A stretch of 64,000 bases of DNA from an uncultured Eubacteriales bacterium (GTDB lineage: Bacteria > Bacillota > Clostridia > Peptostreptococcales > Anaerovoracaceae): contig CASDYG010000007.1 of NCBI GenBank assembly GCA_949285555.1, positions 25,457 to 89,456 on the forward strand. The letters run 5' to 3'. The position numbers were made by a program, and so were the translations under genes. Below are positions 1 to 8,260 of this stretch, in pieces (the stretch's first letter is position 1; each line of letters opens with the position of its first letter). The notes beneath the pieces were generated by a model. It ran no database searches, was not told the DNA's origin, and saw nothing but the letters and a program-made list of their open reading frames with translations.

Positions 1-1575
1 GATGAAGGACCAGCCTCTTTCCCATGTAGCTCTTAGCACGGAACCTACTGTCGGAATATGATAGTCCGGAAGCTCAAGTACAAATGGTGCAGGGTCTCCC
101 GCAAACATACTTGTTTTCTTAAGCATGATACCGGAAATAATAATTGCTGCTACACCTACGAAATATGCACTCCAGGCCACCCAGCTTGCACCATTAAAGA
201 TAGCACCGGCAAACAGAGCTATAACAGGCAGCTTTGCACCGCAAGGAATAAATGCCGTCGTCATGATAGTCATTCTTCTATCTCTTTCATTCTCAATGGT
301 TCTTGTTGCCATAATAGCTGGTACACTACATCCAGTACCTATTAACATTGGTATGAAAGATTTTCCGGATAGACCAAATTTTCTAAAGATTCTATCCATA
401 ATGAAGGCCACCCTTGCCATATAGCCACAGCCTTCTAATATTGAGAGACACAGATAAAGAACAAGCATCTGTGGTACGAATCCCAAAACAGCACCTACAC
501 CTGCTACTATTCCATCTACTACAAGGTTATGAAGCCATTCGGCAGCACCTACAGACTCAAGGATTGAGCTAAATACGGTAGGTATTGAAGGTATCTCTTT
601 ACCAAATAGGCTCCAGCTCTCGCCAAAAATACTGTCGTTTACAAAGTCTGTCGCCATGCCTCCAACAGTAGTAATGGAAATGTAGTAAACTAAGTACATG
701 ATCAATGCAAAAATAGGCAGTGCTAAGAATCTATTAGTAACAATTCTGTCAATTTTATCCGATGCGGAAAGGACATTATTATGCTTTTTCGTGTAACAGT
801 CTCCAATAATTGAAGAGATATACACGTATCTTTCATTAGTAATGATACTTTCAGCATCATCATCCATTTCCTTCTCACAAGCAGTAATATCATTTTCAAG
901 ATGCTCAATAGCCTCCTTTGGGAGGTTTAAAGCTTCATGTATCTTATCATCTCTTTCAAACAACTTAACAGCATACCATCTCTGTTCATGAGCAGGCATA
1001 TTGTGAACAACTGCTTCTTCAATATGAGCTAATGCATGCTCTACACTTCCAGAAAAGATATGGTTTGGCACTCTCTTATCACCAGTACTTGCCACTTCGA
1101 TAGCCTTTGCTGCTGCTTCCTTTATTCCCTCATTTTTAATGGCGGAGATAGTTACAACAGGACAGCCCAGCTTTCCCTCAAGTGCCTTAATATCTATTTT
1201 ATCCCCTCTTTTGTTCACAACGTCCATCATGTTTACGGCAATAACCATAGGAATGCCTAGCTCTAAAAGCTGAGTTGTAAGATAGAGATTTCTTTCTAAA
1301 TTTGTACCATCAATAATGTTTAAAATTGCGTCTGGTTTATCATTTAATAAATAATTTCTGGCAACTACTTCCTCAAGAGTGTATGGAGATAGAGAATAAA
1401 TACCTGGAAGGTCTGTAATTTTAACATTTTTATCACCCTTGTATTTTCCTTCCTTCTTCTCTACCGTTACACCCGGCCAGTTACCAACATACTGGTTTGA
1501 TCCCGTAAGTGCATTGAACAAAGTCGTCTTACCACTATTCGGATTACCCGCTAGTGCAATAGTGAGTTTATTCAT
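1..1575 (-). CDS. feoB: Ferrous iron transporter FeoB, N-terminal ~525 aa (C-terminus runs off the window start)
   Basis: Absent from ORF track because it is open at the window edge. Reverse translation from ATG at 1575 gives MNKLTIALAGNPNSGKTTLFNALTG (G-protein P-loop) and stays open to base 1 (..HIPTVGSVLRATWERGWSFI). It follows two feoA genes. Confidence 0.9.
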   Translation of the reverse strand, partial: MNKLTIALAGNPNSGKTTLFNALTGSNQYVGNWPGVTVEKKEGKYKGDKNVKITDLPGIYSLSPYTLEEVVARNYLLNDKPDAILNIIDGTNLERNLYLTTQLLELGIPMVIAVNMMDVVNKRGDKIDIKALEGKLGCPVVTISAIKNEGIKEAAAKAIEVASTGDKRVPNHIFSGSVEHALAHIEEAVVHNMPAHEQRWYAVKLFERDDKIHEALNLPKEAIEHLENDITACEKEMDDDAESIITNERYVYISSIIGDCYTKKHNNVLSASDKIDRIVTNRFLALPIFALIMYLVYYISITTVGGMATDFVNDSIFGESWSLFGKEIPSIPTVFSSILESVGAAEWLHNLVVDGIVAGVGAVLGFVPQMLVLYLCLSILEGCGYMARVAFIMDRIFRKFGLSGKSFIPMLIGTGCSVPAIMATRTIENERDRRMTIMTTAFIPCGAKLPVIALFAGAIFNGASWVAWSAYFVGVAAIIISGIMLKKTSMFAGDPAPFVLELPDYHIPTVGSVLRATWERGWSFI

Positions 1576-1584
1576 CCTTCCTCC

Positions 1585-1806
1585 TTATTCTACTTCAATC
1601 ATATCGGCATCATTCTTTCTTATAGAAAGCTGATAACCTCTAACAGTCAGCTCCATAGGATCTCCCAGTGGTGCTACCTTTACCACCTCAATAACAGTGC
1701 CCTTTGTAATTCCCATATCCATGATACGTCTTTTAGTAGCACCTTCTCCATGAAGCCTTTTAACAGTAGCCTTACTACCTGCTGGAATGCTTCTTAACGT
1801 CTGCAT
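1585..1806 (-). CDS. feoA: FeoA-family small protein (second copy)
   Basis: 73 aa SH3-like FeoA pattern (..VKRL..G....RRIMDMGITKGTVIEV..APLGDPMEL.VRGY.LSIRK..A..IEV), 9 nt upstream of feoB. Confidence 0.85.
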   Translation of the reverse strand: MQTLRSIPAGSKATVKRLHGEGATKRRIMDMGITKGTVIEVVKVAPLGDPMELTVRGYQLSIRKNDADMIEVE

Positions 1807-1818
1807 AACCCCTCCTTC

Positions 1819-2040
1819 TTAAACACAAGGACTTACAATAATTTTTCCTGCCATCTCTTTGCTTAGAGCGATTCTAACATCCTTCACATTTACAATAAGA
1901 TTACCACCCGTCTGTGATACAACCACCACATGAGCATTCTCTACAAATCCAAGATTATGCAAATGACGACGTTGCTCCTCATTTCCGGAAATACGTGATA
2001 CCACCAGCTTTTCACCGATATTTGCAAATGATAATGGCAT
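1819..2040 (-). CDS. feoA: FeoA-family small protein (first copy)
   Basis: 73 aa. Same FeoA architecture (L.NLGF..N..V.VVS...GNLIVNVKDVRIALSKEMA.KI). SD AAGGAGG upstream of ATG 2040. Confidence 0.85.
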   Translation of the reverse strand: MPLSFANIGEKLVVSRISGNEEQRRHLHNLGFVENAHVVVVSQTGGNLIVNVKDVRIALSKEMAGKIIVSPCV

Positions 2041-2087
2041 AAATACCTCCTTGTATATTATATGTCAGTCTACACTAACGCCCATAT

Positions 2088-2116
2088 ATCATACAACCTT
2101 TGTTAACCTCTGTCAA
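2088..2116 (-). promoter_or_regulatory. Sigma-70 type promoter of feoA-feoA-feoB (TTGACA-17-TATGAT)
   Basis: Minus-strand reading: TTGACA (2111-2116), 17-nt spacer, TATGAT (2088-2093), about 45 nt upstream of the feoA ATG. Confidence 0.5.
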
Positions 2117-2200
2117 CAATTTTGTTAGCATAGGGGTACGAAGTTAGACACTTCTAACAAATTGTATATAAATTTCCAGTTTTTTTCAATAAACTATCAT

Positions 2201-2256
2201 AAAAAAACACTGCCTTTTGCAAAACAGATTTAATATCTATCTGCAAAAAACAGTGC
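2201..2256 (-). terminator. Intrinsic terminator after the P1B ATPase gene
   Basis: Long imperfect hairpin (CACTGTTTTTTGCAGAT..ATCTGTTTTGCAAAAGGCAGTG) followed by T7 on the minus strand (A-run 2201-2207 on plus). Confidence 0.5.
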
Positions 2257-2277
2257 ATTCGTATATTTATTGTATCG

Positions 2278-4407
2278 TTATGCTATTTCACATACCTTAC
2301 TATCTACAGCTTCTTCATCCTCTGTAAGATACGCCTTCTGACTGTCAAGGCCAATAGCCAAAGTAGAGGTATTATGTATAAGCGCTGATGTAGTTGGCTG
2401 TATAAGCCCCGTAACACCAAGTCCTATCAGAGCAGAATTAATGCCTATAATTTTCTTATAGTTGCTATCTATCCTCTTCATAAGGGCATGGCTTAGCTTT
2501 ATCAAATTAACGATTGACCAAAGATTATTTTCAGATATAGTTATATCCGCAATCTCTCTGGCAATCTCCGCACCATCACTTATTGCAATACCTACATGAG
2601 CTGCTGAAAGTGCCGGAGTATCATTTATGCCATCACCAAGCATGATAACCTTGTGGCCAGCAGCCTTTTCCTTTTCCACAAAGGCAGCCTTATCTTCTGG
2701 GAGAACTTCTGCATAGACTTCATCTATACCTGCCTGCTTAGCTATAGCCATTGCAGTCTTATGGTGATCTCCCGTCATCATTACCACCCTGCTTACACCA
2801 AGCTCCTTTATAGTTTTTATTACCTCAGGGACCTCATCTCTAAGCGGATCAGAGATACATAATGTCGCAAGTAGTTTTCCATCTACTGCAAGGTGCAGGT
2901 GGGAAAATTCCTCAGGCAGATTATCAAAGAGCTTTTTCTTACCCCTTGGTATTTTCGTGCCTTCATCATCAAATACAAAGTGGCCGCTTCCTATTATAGC
3001 TTTTTTATCCTCTATTCTTGACGCAATTCCATGGGCAACAATGTATTCTACCTCAGAATGTAGCTCTTCATGCTCAATGCCGCGTTTTTTCGCTTCATTC
3101 ACCACAGCAGTAGCTACTGAATGAGGAAAATGTTCCTCAAGGCAGGCTGCAATTCTAAGAATTTCAGCCTCATCCATATCATCGTTAAATGAAATAATTT
3201 TCTCAACTGTCGGAGTAGCCTTAGTAAGTGTTCCAGTCTTATCAAATACGATAGTGTCCGCTTCAGCTACTGCTTCAAAAAATTTTCCACCCTTTACATT
3301 AATATTATGCTTATTTGCTTCTCTTATTGCCGACAGTACTGCTACAGGCATTGCCAGCTTCAGGGCACAGGAATAGTCTACCATAAGTACGGACATTGCT
3401 CTCATCCAATTGCGTGTAAGTAAAAACGCTCCTATCGTTCCCATGAATGTATATGGTACAAGCTTATCTGCCAGATGCTCCGCCTTACTCTCCGAAGCTG
3501 ATTTGAGCTTTTCGGATTCCTCAATTATATTAACGATTTGCTCATACCTGCTACTTCCCTGCACTTCCTTAACCTTAAATATAAGATTTCCTTCTTCAAC
3601 TACTGTACCTGCATATACCGTAGAACCGGCCTTCTTTTCTACGGCAAGCGGCTCACCTGTCATGGAAGCCTGATTTACTAGTACAGAGCCATTTACAGCT
3701 TCTCCGTCAAATGGAATTACATTTCCCATATGGACAACGATTTCATCTCCAACCTTTACCTCATTGGCAGACACAAGTCGTTCTTCGTCCTTTTCTCTGA
3801 GCCATACATGGCTTATATTAAGGGACATGGACTTTGCCAGATCTCCGATAGATTTTTTTCTGGTCCATTCTTCCATAGTCTCTCCAATACCGAGCATGAA
3901 CATTACAGAACCAGCTGTATCAAAATCTCCCATCGCCATGGCCGCCGTTATAGCTGCAGCATCAAGCACTGGTACTTCCAATCTTTTCTGTCTCAAAAGA
4001 GATAGACCTTCTTTTATGTAAGGAATAGATGTCACACCTGTGTATATCACTCTAAGCGGCAATGGCAACAATGTCTTTGTGACTAGCCTCTTTGTAATTT
4101 GATTAAAAATTTTGCCCTTATATTCTTCATTCAAGGCTCTGCCGGAGCTGTCATATACATATTGTGGAACCTCAATACTCCCCAGCTTAAAGCTTCTCAG
4201 TGCTTCTAGTATCTCTGATACATCCTCCCCACGATCTTTAAATGTCATAATGACGCAGGAAGTACGATGTCTTACCTTAGCAGATTCTACTCCCTCCTGG
4301 CAGGTTAAAAAGTATTCCAATTCATCAGCCTGTTTAAATGATAGGGGGGCGCACATAAGCTGTATTCGTATTCTCTTGGGTACAAAATGTCTTATTTTAA
4401 ATCTCAT
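2278..4407 (-). CDS. Heavy-metal-type (P1B) P-type ATPase with non-canonical SCA transmembrane motif and a Cys-less HMA-like N-terminus
   Basis: 709 aa. Motifs: DKTGTLT phosphorylation site, TGEP actuator, MTGDHH, GDGINDTPAL hinge. The metal-site helix reads YSCALKLAMP (S346-C347-A348, nt 3364-3372) instead of CPC/CPH/SPC. Confidence 0.9.
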   Translation of the reverse strand: MRFKIRHFVPKRIRIQLMCAPLSFKQADELEYFLTCQEGVESAKVRHRTSCVIMTFKDRGEDVSEILEALRSFKLGSIEVPQYVYDSSGRALNEEYKGKIFNQITKRLVTKTLLPLPLRVIYTGVTSIPYIKEGLSLLRQKRLEVPVLDAAAITAAMAMGDFDTAGSVMFMLGIGETMEEWTRKKSIGDLAKSMSLNISHVWLREKDEERLVSANEVKVGDEIVVHMGNVIPFDGEAVNGSVLVNQASMTGEPLAVEKKAGSTVYAGTVVEEGNLIFKVKEVQGSSRYEQIVNIIEESEKLKSASESKAEHLADKLVPYTFMGTIGAFLLTRNWMRAMSVLMVDYSCALKLAMPVAVLSAIREANKHNINVKGGKFFEAVAEADTIVFDKTGTLTKATPTVEKIISFNDDMDEAEILRIAACLEEHFPHSVATAVVNEAKKRGIEHEELHSEVEYIVAHGIASRIEDKKAIIGSGHFVFDDEGTKIPRGKKKLFDNLPEEFSHLHLAVDGKLLATLCISDPLRDEVPEVIKTIKELGVSRVVMMTGDHHKTAMAIAKQAGIDEVYAEVLPEDKAAFVEKEKAAGHKVIMLGDGINDTPALSAAHVGIAISDGAEIAREIADITISENNLWSIVNLIKLSHALMKRIDSNYKKIIGINSALIGLGVTGLIQPTTSALIHNTSTLAIGLDSQKAYLTEDEEAVDSKVCEIA

Positions 4408-4426
4408 TTATCTACCCGTACCCTTT

Positions 4427-4735
4427 TTATAGTTCAGGCTCCTCTTCAAGATTAGGATCTAGCTCATCAAAATCTTCAAAAAGCATTTCATCATCTAGAA
4501 GATCTCTAGTCTCATTGATAAACTTTGCAGAAGCCACAATATCCTCAACACTTGTCTGTACACACTCGGCAGTATCCATAATCGAATCCTTCGCTCTCAT
4601 ACCTGCAGCTACTACCTCTGCGTAAACTCTCTTTGCGTCATTGCTTCCCAGAAGTTTAAATCCAGCGCTTCCAAAGAGCACTCCACCTACAAATAAACCT
4701 ACTTTTTTCAAGCATTTCTTGTCAAAATTATACAT
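4427..4735 (-). CDS. Small hypothetical protein: N-terminal hydrophobic segment plus highly acidic C-terminus, probably co-transcribed with the ATPase
   Basis: 102 aa with GLFVGGVLFGSAGFKLLG helix and a ..DDEMLFEDFDELDPNLEEEPEL tail. SD AAGGAGGAAG before the ATG. 19-nt gap to the ATPase start. Confidence 0.6.
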   Translation of the reverse strand: MYNFDKKCLKKVGLFVGGVLFGSAGFKLLGSNDAKRVYAEVVAAGMRAKDSIMDTAECVQTSVEDIVASAKFINETRDLLDDEMLFEDFDELDPNLEEEPEL

Positions 4736-4814
4736 ATCTTCCTCCTTATTTAAAATAAATCACCTAAAATCCAGCTTACCTAACTATTAGCATGTACCTC
4801 TTCTAGCCGATTTA

Positions 4815-4907
4815 CTATGATTTCTTTCCGTATTTGCCATATCCAGTCATCATAGTAATGGCAAAGCAAAAAACGGTTGCCCATGCCCAAAAACGATGCT
4901 TTTTCAT
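4815..4907 (-). CDS. Candidate 30-aa membrane micro-protein (below the ORF-track size cutoff)
   Basis: TGAGGAGGAAGCT-ATG (strong SD, good spacing). Translation MKKHRFWAWATVFCFAITMMTGYGKYGKKS is a single hydrophobic helix with basic ends. It lies between a promoter and the 102-aa gene. Confidence 0.35.
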   Translation of the reverse strand: MKKHRFWAWATVFCFAITMMTGYGKYGKKS

Positions 4908-4944
4908 AGCTTCCTCCTCATTTATTTTAAGGACTTACATTTTA

Positions 4945-4973
4945 ATTTTAGCACGAATATTCATGCATGTAAA
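4945..4973 (-). promoter_or_regulatory. Sigma-70 type promoter (TTTACA-17-TAAAAT) for micro-ORF / 102-aa gene / ATPase
   Basis: Minus-strand TTTACA (4968-4973), 17-nt spacer, TAAAAT (4945-4950), about 35 nt upstream of the micro-ORF ATG. Confidence 0.45.
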
Positions 4974-5127
4974 CAATGTTAGAAACAGCTACACACAAGT
5001 GTTTATAAGACTTATGTAAGCTCAAGCCAACTACAGTAAGTCCAAATTAGCAATTTTTTTGCATATTTATGTTATTTTTGGCTAACTAAAAATCTACTGG
5101 TCATCAATAAAAGTTCATTTAAGCGCT

Positions 5128-6372
5128 CTAATCCAGTCGCCTTTCTATTTCCCTAAGTCTTTTTGCAAGTAGATTTACATTGGCAATTCTACGTACTACC
5201 TTGTACGCATTTTCATCGCGATAAAGTAAAAGCTCTTTCATTGTAGGCACGATGCTCTCTAAAATCTCATGTAACTTTTGCTCATATTCCTGCCTATCCA
5301 TGTGCTGCTCTTCCTGCTCCCAATTTTCTATGAAATAGCTATAATCCATAGAGAAGAGCTTTTTAATAAGCTCGCTAACCTTCAGCTTCACCTCATTTAA
5401 GGCAATTTCATATCCGTCTGTTGCCTTTCGCGCCTGTTCATATATATCCAGACATCCTTTTTCCATAGTTTCAAAGGCTTCATCAAGGCACGCATATTCC
5501 ATATTCATTGCCTTCCAGAAAAAGTGAAGTTGCGTAATTGTCTCCTGAATGAGATCCCTTAGCTTTCGTTTGGCCGATTCATCCATAATCTGACTTTTCA
5601 GTCTTTTCTGATCATGCACAACCATACTCTTAAGCTTGTCTATACCTTCGCCTGTTTTCGCACTAACTGGTACAAGGTCAATATCGTCTACACATACATC
5701 CATAAGCTGGCTCAATATCTTCCGGCAATATTCCAAGTAAGACTTTAATTCAGTATCACTTATTAAATCAATCTTGTTTACTACAAAATATAGTTTGCCT
5801 GCATATTCTTTGCTCTTTGCGAGAAAATCCATCTCTATTTGATTTATTGGACTATCTACAGAAAGAAGAAATATAACGCCATCACTTTCTTTCAAATATT
5901 CCGTAGCCGTAAGAGTATTGTTCGTATGAAAAGAGCCTACTCCCGGGGTATCGACAAACACGATACCATTCTTCAAAAATTTTGATAGGCATGTAATATG
6001 GACACTTGCGACCTCAAGCTCATTATTTTTATTTTCCTGCTCGCTAATGTATTTAGAAAGTTCATCAATTTCCACAGGTATTACAGCACCATTTTCAAAT
6101 GCCACTTTACCACTTAAACCGCCATAGGTGACCTTCGTCACGGCACTTGTGATAGGTACAATACCTACCGGAAGGATATCTTCTCCTAAAATTGCATTAG
6201 ACAGGCTACTTTTCCCTCTCTTAAACTGGCCGATTATTGATAGCGTCATCTCCTGCCGCTTCATTCTATCAAGAGTATCTTTTAAAATTCTTGCCTGAGT
6301 CCGACACGCCTGCTCATCCTTTAGCAGGTCATAAGCACGTGTTACTGCCTCAAGTCCTGTAAGCTTTTCCAT
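5128..6372 (-). CDS. Dynamin-family (bacterial dynamin-like) GTPase, short form
   Basis: 414 aa. G1 GQFKRGKSS, G3 DTPG, G4 NKID, followed by a long helical/coiled C-terminal half. Confidence 0.8.
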   Translation of the reverse strand: MEKLTGLEAVTRAYDLLKDEQACRTQARILKDTLDRMKRQEMTLSIIGQFKRGKSSLSNAILGEDILPVGIVPITSAVTKVTYGGLSGKVAFENGAVIPVEIDELSKYISEQENKNNELEVASVHITCLSKFLKNGIVFVDTPGVGSFHTNNTLTATEYLKESDGVIFLLSVDSPINQIEMDFLAKSKEYAGKLYFVVNKIDLISDTELKSYLEYCRKILSQLMDVCVDDIDLVPVSAKTGEGIDKLKSMVVHDQKRLKSQIMDESAKRKLRDLIQETITQLHFFWKAMNMEYACLDEAFETMEKGCLDIYEQARKATDGYEIALNEVKLKVSELIKKLFSMDYSYFIENWEQEEQHMDRQEYEQKLHEILESIVPTMKELLLYRDENAYKVVRRIANVNLLAKRLREIERRLD

Positions 6373-6373
6373 A

Positions 6374-7324
6374 TTACTTTCTATCTATCACCTTCTTAAC
6401 CATTTTTACAATATCATCAGCTGTCATATGATATTTTTTCTTAAGCTCGTCGGGCTTACCTGATTCACCAAATACATCCAGCTGTCCCACCATCTCTACT
6501 GGGACTGGCATATTCTTCACAAGCACCTCTGCAACGGCTGCACCAAGACCGCCTATTACAGAATGCTCTTCAGCAGTTACGATAGCTCCTGTTTTAGCAG
6601 CACTATCTAAAATCATTGCTTCGTCTAGTGGCTTGATAGTATGCATATCAACCACCCTGGCTTTTATCCCTTCTCTTAGCAAAACATCGCATGCCTCAAG
6701 AGCATCTGCCACCATAATTCCTGTAGCAATGATGGTGACATCATCTCCTTCACGAAGCTTTGTAGCCTTACCTATTTTTATGCTCCTTGCCATCTCATCA
6801 TCATAAACTGTTGGGACAGCAGCACGACCTAATCTAATATACACAGGTCCATTCAGATCAACTGCCTCCCTTAGAAGCACCTCTGTAGATACTCCGTCTG
6901 AAGGATTTAATACTGTCATAGTCGGTATGCTTCGCATAAGTGCCAAATCCTCAAATGTCTGATGACTAGCACCATCCTCACCAACGGTAATTCCCGAATG
7001 TGTAGCACATATCTTTACATTTGCATTAGTATATCCAATTGAATTTCTTATTATCTCAAACGCCCTGCCGGCAGCAAACATAGCAAATGTACTTGCGCAA
7101 GGGATCTTGCCACCATGAGCAAGCCCTGCTGCAACGCCATATAAATTCTGCTCTGCAATTCCCATGTTGAAGAAGCGCTCTGGAAATTCCTTACCAAAAC
7201 CTGCGGTCATGGTGGATTTAGACAAATCTCCGTCAAGCACTACCAGCTTCTCATTTTCTCTTCCTATCTCCACCAAGGCTCTTCCATAGGCGGCTCTTGT
7301 GGCTTCTTTTTTAATATCTCCCAT
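6374..7324 (-). CDS. Transketolase, C-terminal (pyrimidine-binding) subunit
   Basis: 316 aa with the typical FNMGIAEQN..GGKIPCASTFAMF..HTIKPLD pattern. Overlaps the N-terminal subunit stop by 1 nt. Confidence 0.9.
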   Translation of the reverse strand: MGDIKKEATRAAYGRALVEIGRENEKLVVLDGDLSKSTMTAGFGKEFPERFFNMGIAEQNLYGVAAGLAHGGKIPCASTFAMFAAGRAFEIIRNSIGYTNANVKICATHSGITVGEDGASHQTFEDLALMRSIPTMTVLNPSDGVSTEVLLREAVDLNGPVYIRLGRAAVPTVYDDEMARSIKIGKATKLREGDDVTIIATGIMVADALEACDVLLREGIKARVVDMHTIKPLDEAMILDSAAKTGAIVTAEEHSVIGGLGAAVAEVLVKNMPVPVEMVGQLDVFGESGKPDELKKKYHMTADDIVKMVKKVIDRK

Positions 7325-8148
7325 TATAATCTACCTCCTATTTCTTCTAAAGCCCTGTTTAACTCATCCTCCGAAGGTGCCTTTCCATGCCAACCTGCTT
7401 CATCGGTCATAAAGGATACACCCTGTCCCTTATGAGTCTTTGCAATAATTGCTGTAGGTCCCTCTTTATACTCCTTAGCTTCTTTCAAAGCTTTCTTTAT
7501 AGAATCAATATCATGGCCATCTATGGATAAAACGTTCCAACCAAATGCCTTTAATTTAGCATCAATAGGTGTAACCTTCATCACCTTATCATTTTCACCA
7601 TCTATTTGCAGTCCATTCCAGTCAATGAAAGCACAGAGGTTGGAAAGCTTATAATGAGCGGCGGCCATAAATGCCTCCCATACAATTCCTTCTTGAAGCT
7701 CTCCATCTCCCAGCAAAGCATAAACTCTGGCACCATTTTTATCAACTCTTGCAGCAAGCGCCATACCTACCGCCGCAGAAATCCCCTGACCTAGCGAGCC
7801 TGTGGACATTTCCACTCCAGCTACCTTGTCCATGTTAGGATGACCCTGAAAATGACTATCTATCTTTCGCAAAGTACGGATATCCTCTACTGGAAAATAG
7901 CCACGCTCTCCTAATGTTGCATATAGGACCGGAGCTGCATGTCCCTTTGATAGCACAAATCTATCTCTGCCCTCCATTTTAGGATCTTGCGGATTAATAT
8001 TCATTTCATCAAAATACAACGTCGTCAGAATTTCAGCAGCCGACAATGAGCCTCCTGGATGTCCAGACTTCGCCTCATATATAGCCTTTAGAAGCTCTAT
8101 TCTAATTTTGTTAGATATATTGTATAGTTCTTTTGTTGAAAGCTTCAC
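7324..8148 (-). CDS. Transketolase, N-terminal (TPP-binding) subunit
   Basis: 274 aa with SGHPGGSLS, GHAAP, GSLGQGIS and GDGELQEG motifs. Confidence 0.9.
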   Translation of the reverse strand: MKLSTKELYNISNKIRIELLKAIYEAKSGHPGGSLSAAEILTTLYFDEMNINPQDPKMEGRDRFVLSKGHAAPVLYATLGERGYFPVEDIRTLRKIDSHFQGHPNMDKVAGVEMSTGSLGQGISAAVGMALAARVDKNGARVYALLGDGELQEGIVWEAFMAAAHYKLSNLCAFIDWNGLQIDGENDKVMKVTPIDAKLKAFGWNVLSIDGHDIDSIKKALKEAKEYKEGPTAIIAKTHKGQGVSFMTDEAGWHGKAPSEDELNRALEEIGGRL

Positions 8149-8260
8149 TTTCGTCCTCCTATAAAAAATACTATTATTACTATTTTTACTGTATTTAACT
8201 TAAATATTATACCACATTTTCAATGTCGCAATACATTATAGACTGGTCATAGCTGTAATT

